Below are positions 57,260 through 64,000 of a stretch of DNA of 64,000 nucleotides, in pieces. Where the stretch lies: the NCBI GenBank assembly GCA_965637545.1, contig OZ281496.1, forward strand, positions 26,288,001-26,352,000, read 5' to 3'. The stretch is from Phallusia mammillata. Taxonomy: Eukaryota. The notes beneath the pieces were generated by a model. It made no database searches. It was not told where the DNA came from and was given only the letters and a program-made list of their open reading frames with translations. The position numbers and the translations under genes were made by a program. How positions within the stretch are numbered: the stretch's first letter is position 1; every line of letters starts with the position of its first letter.

Positions 57260-60200
57260 ATTAGACCTTGAGGTGGATGAACAACACCTTCCTATAAACA
57301 CGACTGTTATGATCGGAAAGCTTTCCGCCTTTCAGGCAAAATACGGCGCGTTGGGTGCTACATATCTAACTAACTGTAAAAATCACAAAGTACCGGTGTA
57401 TCTGGCGAATTTAACAGACGACCCTATTCGTTTGTCGAGCGGGTGTCGAGTAGCAAGGTGTTGCCCAGTGACGGGTACGGGGGACGACACTGCCTTAGGA
57501 AATGATACGTGCGAAATAACCGGCCAAACTGCCCCGCAACCATGTGCTTGTAATGGAGGCCGGTGTGTGCGTTCTTATTCTGTAAGTCGTGTTTCCAGGT
57601 CCGAAACCCAACAGGCCACATACGCGAACTCGGAACGCCAGGTGCTCGAAGATATAAAAGTTGGGGACCACATAACCGAACGACAACGCAATCGAGTCTT
57701 CGATCTAGTGCGTGCGAAGCTACAAGCTTTCACGACCGAAGGAGGGAGCTTGGGCCGTACAGACCTGGTCCGGCATACCATTGACACGGGCGATCATCCA
57801 CCAGTAAGACAGCCACCTAGGAGGATGGCGCCTCATGATAAAAGAAAAGTAGAAGAAATAGTAAGAGGTATGCAAGACGACGGACTTATAAGACCTTCGC
57901 AGTCGCCATGGTCAAGTTCAATTGTACTTGTGCGTAAGAAAAACGGCGAAACTAGGTTTTGCATAGACTACCGACAAGTAAACCACCTCACTAAGAAAAA
58001 CAGCTATCCTATTCCTAGGGTAGACGATAGCCTGGACGAGATGTCCAACTGCAAATATTTCTCAACCCTCGACTTAAAATCTGGTTATTGGCAGATACCC
58101 ATGGAGAATAAATCTAAAGAGAAAACTGCGTTTGCGAGCCATCTTGGTTTGTACGAATTTAATGTCATGCCCATGGGTTTATCAAATTCTGCGGCTAGCT
58201 TTCAGCGCCTCATGCGCATCGTTTTAGCTGGGGTCGAGTGGAAAGGAGCTTTGGCCTACTTGGACGATGTTATTGTGTACTCTCGTACGTTTGATGAACA
58301 CCTGACACGGCTTGAAACGGTGCTAGATCGTCTTATAAAATCTGGCCTAACTTTAAAACCTTCAAAATGCTCGCTACTACGAAAAAAGGTTAGTTTTCTT
58401 GGGCACATCGTGTCGGAAGAGGGAGTAGCGTGTGACGCAAGTAAGGTCGAATCAGTTCGCTCGTGGCCCACCCCAAAGAACGTACGTAACATACGACAGT
58501 TTGTAGGGTTGACGTCATACTATCGACGATTTATTAAACGTTATTCTCAGATTGCCGCACCGCTTCACAGGTTAACAGAAAAAGGGGTAAAGTTCCAATG
58601 GACTGATAAAGAACAGGACGCCTTTGTGGAGTTAAAGAACCGACTGACGACTGCTCCTATCCTGCAGCACCCGGATTTTAATAGAAGTTTCGTCCTTGAC
58701 ACAGACGCATCAGATACGGCGGTAGGGTGCGTTCTCGCTCAAATTGTTGATGATAAAGAGTGTGTAATTGCCTATGGAAGCAGGACGCTATCTAAAGCTG
58801 AACGCAACTATTCCACGACACGCAAGGAACTACTGGCGATAGTTTATGCGTTTAAACTGTATCGTTGCTACCTTTTAGGACATAGATTCTTGCTTCGGAC
58901 AGATCATTCATCCCTCCGCTGGCTATGGAAATCCCGTGAGCTTTACGGACAGTGTGCCAGATGGATAGAGAAACTGGCTGAATACGACTTCGAACTTGTA
59001 CATCGCCCAGGGAAACGGCATGCCAACGCTGATGCCTTGAGTCGTGTGAAGTGTGATGACGAGGGCGACCCCATGCCTTTTTCAATAAACACCGACTATA
59101 ACAAAGCCACTGGATATGCAGGTACTGCTAATGTTATCGATTTTCGGGAAACAGTGGGGTGGCCAGTACAAAAAATAGCGGAAGCCCAACGGGCAGATCC
59201 TGAAATTGCTCCAGTATTCGAGTGGCTAGACGCAGGAAAGCGCCCGCCTTATCGCGGGATTAAACGATTGTCCTCTATGACACGGCACCTTTGGGGTCAG
59301 TTTGGTAAACTTGATGTTAATGAAGGGGTCGTGTATTATCGAAGCGATAACCCTCACCAACCAGGAGTTGACATTAGCCGTTTACTCACTCCCCAATCTA
59401 TGCGTCATGATGTGGTTACCGCCTTACACAACTGCCCCCATGGGGAGGACATTTAGGGATTGCAAAAACTGAGTCTAAAGTTATGGAAAGGCACTATTGG
59501 CCGGGGTGGCGCACTGACGTGGAAACATTTGTTAGGAGTTGCTTGGTGTGTGAGCAAAGCAAGAAGTTTGTTGTAAAACCGAGAGCACCTTTAGTGCCAT
59601 CAGATGAAATGGGCCCCATGCAGCGTGTAGAGATAGATGTTCTCGGTCCTTTGCCACAATCTATGGACGGTAACGTGTTTATTCTCGTGGCTTGCGATGT
59701 GTTTACTAAATACGTGCGCGCGTGGCCTCTTAGGAGCCAGAAAGCACCTGAAGTTGCCAGTTTGTTGTTTCATAGGTGGTTCACAGTCCATGGCGTACCC
59801 GACGTCCTTCATTCCGACCGAGGCACAAATTTCGAGTCGCAACTGATCGCAGAACTATCGCGGTTAATGGGTTGCCGTAAGACCCGAACAACCTCTTACC
59901 ACCCCGAGGGGAATGGGGGGTGCGAACGAAATAATCGAACTATTGTATCTATGATCCGCAGCTATGTCCAAAACGATCCTCGAACCTGGGACGAAGCGTT
60001 GTCAGCGGTGGTGGCGGCATACAACGCAAGCGCGCACGAAAGTACATCGATATCACCACATTATCTACTCAATGGGCATTCTCTTCGGTTGCCAGCCGAC
60101 CTGATGGGTGCACCAACACAATCGCAGAGACCTGAAGCATACGTAGAAGGACTACGGTCAAGATTGCAATTGGCACAGGGAGTGGTGCAGGAAATATTAA

Positions 60201-60667
60201 CGCGGCAGCGGAAAAGGATGGCAGACCATTATGATCGCCGATGCAAGGGTGAACCGCATCAGGTTGGTGACGTGGTGTGGCTGACTAATCCCGCCGTACC
60301 AGTGGGGACTTGTCGCAAGTTCCATATGCCATTTAAAGGGCCCTTCCGCGTTACCGACATCAAGCCTCCGGTGAACTATGTTATCGAAGACGACGCTGGT
60401 CGACAGCAGACCGTACATTTCAATCGATTGAAGTCCAGCAGTGCGAAATGGGAAGACGTCGGCGGACAAGACCGGCATCAAGAGGAATCACCAGGAGAAC
60501 AAAGCATTAATCCACCTCTCGTCACGTGCTTCGTAACACTGCCGGTTGCGGAAGAAGCACAAGGTGACGTTACGATAGAGTGTGGTGACGATTCGACTGA
60601 TGACGGCCCGATTGCAAGTCGTCTTAGGGCACGCACGCAACGAACCCATTGTAACGGCGAAACATAG
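57246..60667 (+). CDS. pol: Pol (RT, RNase H, integrase with GPF motif), split by a frameshift near 59440
   Basis: RT motifs FCIDYR, LDLKSGYWQI, MPMGLSNS and YLDD. RNase H motifs LDTDASD, ELLAIV and TDHSSL. Integrase HHCC plus IDVLG / HSDRGTNF / GGCERNNR and the GPF motif. One extra nt in the C5/G4 run restores the GGHLG motif. Confidence 0.92.
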
Positions 60668-60694
60668 TTTTGTTGCCCGGGAGTGCAACAACGC

Positions 60695-60707
60695 GGGAAG
60701 GGGGGTG
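60695..60707 (+). other. Polypurine tract
   Basis: GGGAAGGGGGGTG immediately before the 3' LTR. Confidence 0.85.
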
Positions 60708-61523
60708 TGTTACGAATAAAATTACAACTTTCTTTATTGCACTGTTTTGCCACTTGTTTAGTTTGTTGTTTTGTCACTATATGTTTTCCTTTTCTCGTAA
60801 TATGATTTATTGGTTTATTGCACAGTTTTGTTATTGCTTTGGTCTGTTGGTTCGTCGACATACGTTCATACGCGATTCATTTCCATATGTTGCGAACATT
60901 ATTATCTTTGTTTATTCGTTTTCTGTCCCGGCACTACGTTTGGTTGTTGCACTGTCACTATATGTTATCCGTCTTTTCTGTTTGTGTTTCACCATTGGTG
61001 TTGTTTTACGTAGGTTTCTCAACCTACCTTGCGTATATTTGTTTCTCACAGCAGACTTTCATTTTGTTTTATTTCCTATTCGTTTCGAATGCAACCCACC
61101 GTGTTGCCTTGGCATTCCTGCGCGTGTCCCTAATTACGAACATCCTCGGGACTTTGCTTAATTTGCCTCAAGAATAACTGCTGTTTTCTCCTCGTGGCTG
61201 GCTCCCTAACGTGAGGGCTGTGAAAATGTGATCAGGCAGACTTGGTTGGTCGGCCTTGGTAGAACGTGCTTTTTGGCTTGTGAGATCTTTTATCTATTTG
61301 TCCGTTTTTACATCGTGTTTTTAAGTGCTACGTTGGCCCGATTGTGTTGTCGAGAACCGTGCTTATTTTACTCCGCTTTTATAATAAGAACAAAGGATAT
61401 ATTGCATATTTTGTTACTGTTTTGCAAAAGAATTAAGAGTAGCGCGCGGTCTAGTTATTGGTTTTACCGGCTAGCCGTTAGAGCAGCGTCCTGAACCTTA
61501 GGCGCAGAAATAGTAGCGCTACA
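60708..61523 (+). repeat. 3' LTR
   Basis: 816-bp direct repeat of 54977-55792, followed by the TSD TGTG. Confidence 0.95.
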
Positions 61524-62163
61524 TGTGTGACGGTTTTGTCAAGTTTATTTCGCTTGGTAAAAGCACGTATAGCGTCACAATGGCACTGAACAATCACCAA
61601 GTTAGCTACGCACTTCGAAACTTTGTGGAACGCAAATTAGTGAATGGCACAGTTAGTGGATCATGACTAAATGCGCTGCAGCTACACCGTAGGGCAGGCT
61701 ACTATGTGGCGGGATTGAGTTTGGCGGTGTCAGTTTATGCAGAACGTTTTGTTTTAAAAGTACAAATTTAAATACCCGGTTGAAAAAAAAAATATGTATG
61801 TTTAAGAGTGGCAGGCGATGTTAAATGTTAGGCAGTTTTTTTGGTATTTCATCTTTGCTTTAACATCGGGTAGGCTACTCGAGAAAACGGTGGGGTGAGG
61901 TCGTTTTAAACACACTTTGGAAACGACTGATGGAACTGATCGACTTTAAAGAAAGATTACTTCCGACACAAATGTGTTAGAACGTACCCAAACGTGTGCG
62001 AAAATATTTTAATGGCCTTATTATTTAGGAGGCAACCCCTTTTTAACGTGAAATTGCGTATTGTAACGTCATTACGTTTTTAACAATTGCTATGAACAAA
62101 TTTGTCGTTCAACTGGTGTAATGCTGAACAAAATACTAATTGTTGTTTTTAAGAACTTGTATT

Positions 62164-62209
62164 TCGCTAACGTTTCGTCCACCAGAACGGTAGGGCTTCA
62201 TCAGAGCAA
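62164..62209 (-). ncRNA. Second minimal type I hammerhead ribozyme motif
   Basis: The minus strand reads UUGCU-CUGAUGA-A-GCCCUACC(GUUCU)GGUGGAC-GAAAC-GUU-AGCGA. The core is intact, helix I has 5 bp, helix II has one C-A mismatch and a bulge, and helix III is the palindrome AACGUU. Confidence 0.62.
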
Positions 62210-63357
62210 TGAACGATATAGTGCAAGCACAACAGGCGAAAATGCACAAGCGCAGCGGGATATAACGTAAAGTAATTATAAGAGAACAAAGGCTTATCGT
62301 GATGGGTTGAGTGTGCTATATTGTGACAGTGCGTAACTAATGCCCGATATTTGAAGAGGAAGTCGAACGCAAAATGTCGCGGAAAACTGGGCTGAGGTTT
62401 TTGCCGTCGTTACGGTTTAAAACATTTGAATTAGAATTTATGAGGCAATTTAGTATTTTGTTCAGCATTACACCAGTTGAACGACAAATTTGTTTAAATA
62501 TGCAACCTGGTGGACGAAACGCCTGTTCAGTATTTTCAATTGCTATGAATTTGACAAGTTATAAAAGTCCCCTTTGATATGTGCTCTTGGATTGCGCCTT
62601 TGCACTATAAAGAATGTAGTGTCCTTGCGGGTCGTGTTGATTTACCAAGACAGCTAAAGTCAAAACAAAAACAAGGTGCTACACATTACGAGTATTCTTG
62701 TATTTCCGTTGTTCTTTTGCGTAGTGGTTGTCCTTTGATGCGTTGGTAATTCAAATGACGTTTCCATTTGCTATTGTTTGGTTAAGCAAACTATGTCGAC
62801 GCTTTATTACGGTACGATAACACAGGACAATAGTTTTGACATGGACAATAACGCGTCATCCGAAAAACAAATGTACGCCGGCAGTTTTCTTAAAACGATT
62901 GTTCGTTTGATAGACACGGACAGCGCCATGCTCTGTTTTGTGTAGGCTATATGGTTGTGAACTGCAAGATTATTTAACGGCGATTGATTTTCTTGCGTGT
63001 ACAGCTAGGAAAATCACAACCCTTCGTTCGAACAGTTTAGTTTTTTGATGCAAGTGGTCACTAAAGGCAACTCGTTTTCATGGATATTGTCATTGTATGC
63101 AGACTAACCAATAAGTTATTCTGACGAAGGCCGCGATCGGCTAAAAGTTCTAGATAGTCAGCTAAAAACAGATAGCCTAGTAGATAAGCAGTGTGGACAT
63201 GGGCGCCGGCAGAAATGTTTCCAGAGAAGGTCAAATTTTGACAAATACACACTTGCAGGGATAGATTACTATATCAAGTAATTATGTAAACACCTGGCAT
63301 AAAATAATGCAGTGGATTTGAGTCAACGATGAAAAATCCCCGCACAGTCACGCAACT

Positions 63358-63919
63358 ATGAACCATTTTGTCCGTTCAAAAAGCATAAAAACGACAGAGG
63401 CTATGGAAACAACACCAGATAAGTAAACAAAGCAGACGTCGTTAAAGTCGCTTGTTTAGACATTTGCTTACCATCAACTTCCTTATTAGAGCAATAGCGT
63501 TTTGCGGTAGGCCTACTTTGAAACTCCAAAGGGGGGCAAGTGCCTCCGCTTGGCCCTACGTGCCGGCGCCCATAAGTGTGGACTTAATTTAAAGGTAGTC
63601 CAGGATATGTTGATGTAATGATCAAATAGGTTGTTATTATTAATCATGCAGCTTACTATAATAATCATGTTCTTCCTTCATATAGCCTTAGTAGTAAGTG
63701 GAGTCTAGGTTTACTACATGTTTATAAGAATTCTTTACCTAAAAGCAGAAAAAAACTACTTGTTGTCTGCTTACATTTTCAAGGACTATGGACGCTCCGA
63801 GTGATTTAAAGTTACGAGTGGCGGCTTTACTTACTGCTAGGAAAATTCGCAATCTAAATTTCACAGTCATAGTATTGAACGTTGCGTTGATTGTGTTCGT
63901 TTTTCTTATGTTGGACCAG
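63358..63919 (+). CDS. Probable first coding exon(s) of a type II membrane protein, continuing beyond the window
   Basis: Exon 63784-63919 follows ttttcaag| and encodes TMDAPSDLKLRVAALLTARKIRNLNFTVIVLNVALIVFVFLMLDQ, then a GTGAGA donor: a basic stretch followed by a TM segment. A possible upstream exon 63358-63422 joins in phase 2. Confidence 0.42.
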
Positions 63920-64000
63920 GTGAGAATAGCACTTGTTTTGCGATCAAACCTTTTAAAGTTGAGGTGTAGCTTATACACTGCAAGGTAATTTTCTTTTGTG

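Larger units (their letters stand above)
54977..61523 (+). mobile_element. Full-length Ty3/Gypsy LTR retrotransposon, very recent insertion
   Basis: Two 816-bp TG...CA LTRs, a 4-bp TSD TGTG, PBS, PPT, and the domain order gag-PR-RT-RNaseH-IN. Confidence 0.96.

Noticed and set aside
63121-63149. Third hammerhead-like motif on the plus strand
   Set aside because: GAAA is mutated to AAAA and helix I pairing is absent; at best a decayed copy, so it is not listed as a feature.

Overview
AT-rich, intron-containing eukaryotic DNA, most likely from an ascidian (tunicate). This is inferred from the Hox10 homeodomain and its intron position, the Hox5-Hox10 adjacency and the Ly6-sushi gene family. Nearly all host genes are on the minus strand. 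From left to right: (1) a tandem array of seven 9-exon genes encoding signal peptide + Ly6/uPAR-like three-finger domain + sushi/CCP + vWA + His-rich tail (one partial at the edge, three intact, three disabled); (2) a two-exon secreted Met/Arg/Asp/Glu-rich low-complexity protein; (3) Hox10 and, upstream of it, Hox5, with candidate retinoic-acid and Hox/Pbx/Cdx elements and MITEs in the Hox5 intron; (4) an Ig/sushi single-pass receptor with five cytoplasmic tyrosines; (5) an intronless PCSK7; (6) two minimal type I hammerhead ribozyme motifs flanking a hAT MITE and a very young full-length Ty3/Gypsy LTR element; (7) probable first exons of a plus-strand type II membrane protein. All exon structures were derived by hand from splice signals and reading-frame continuity; no database searches were run.
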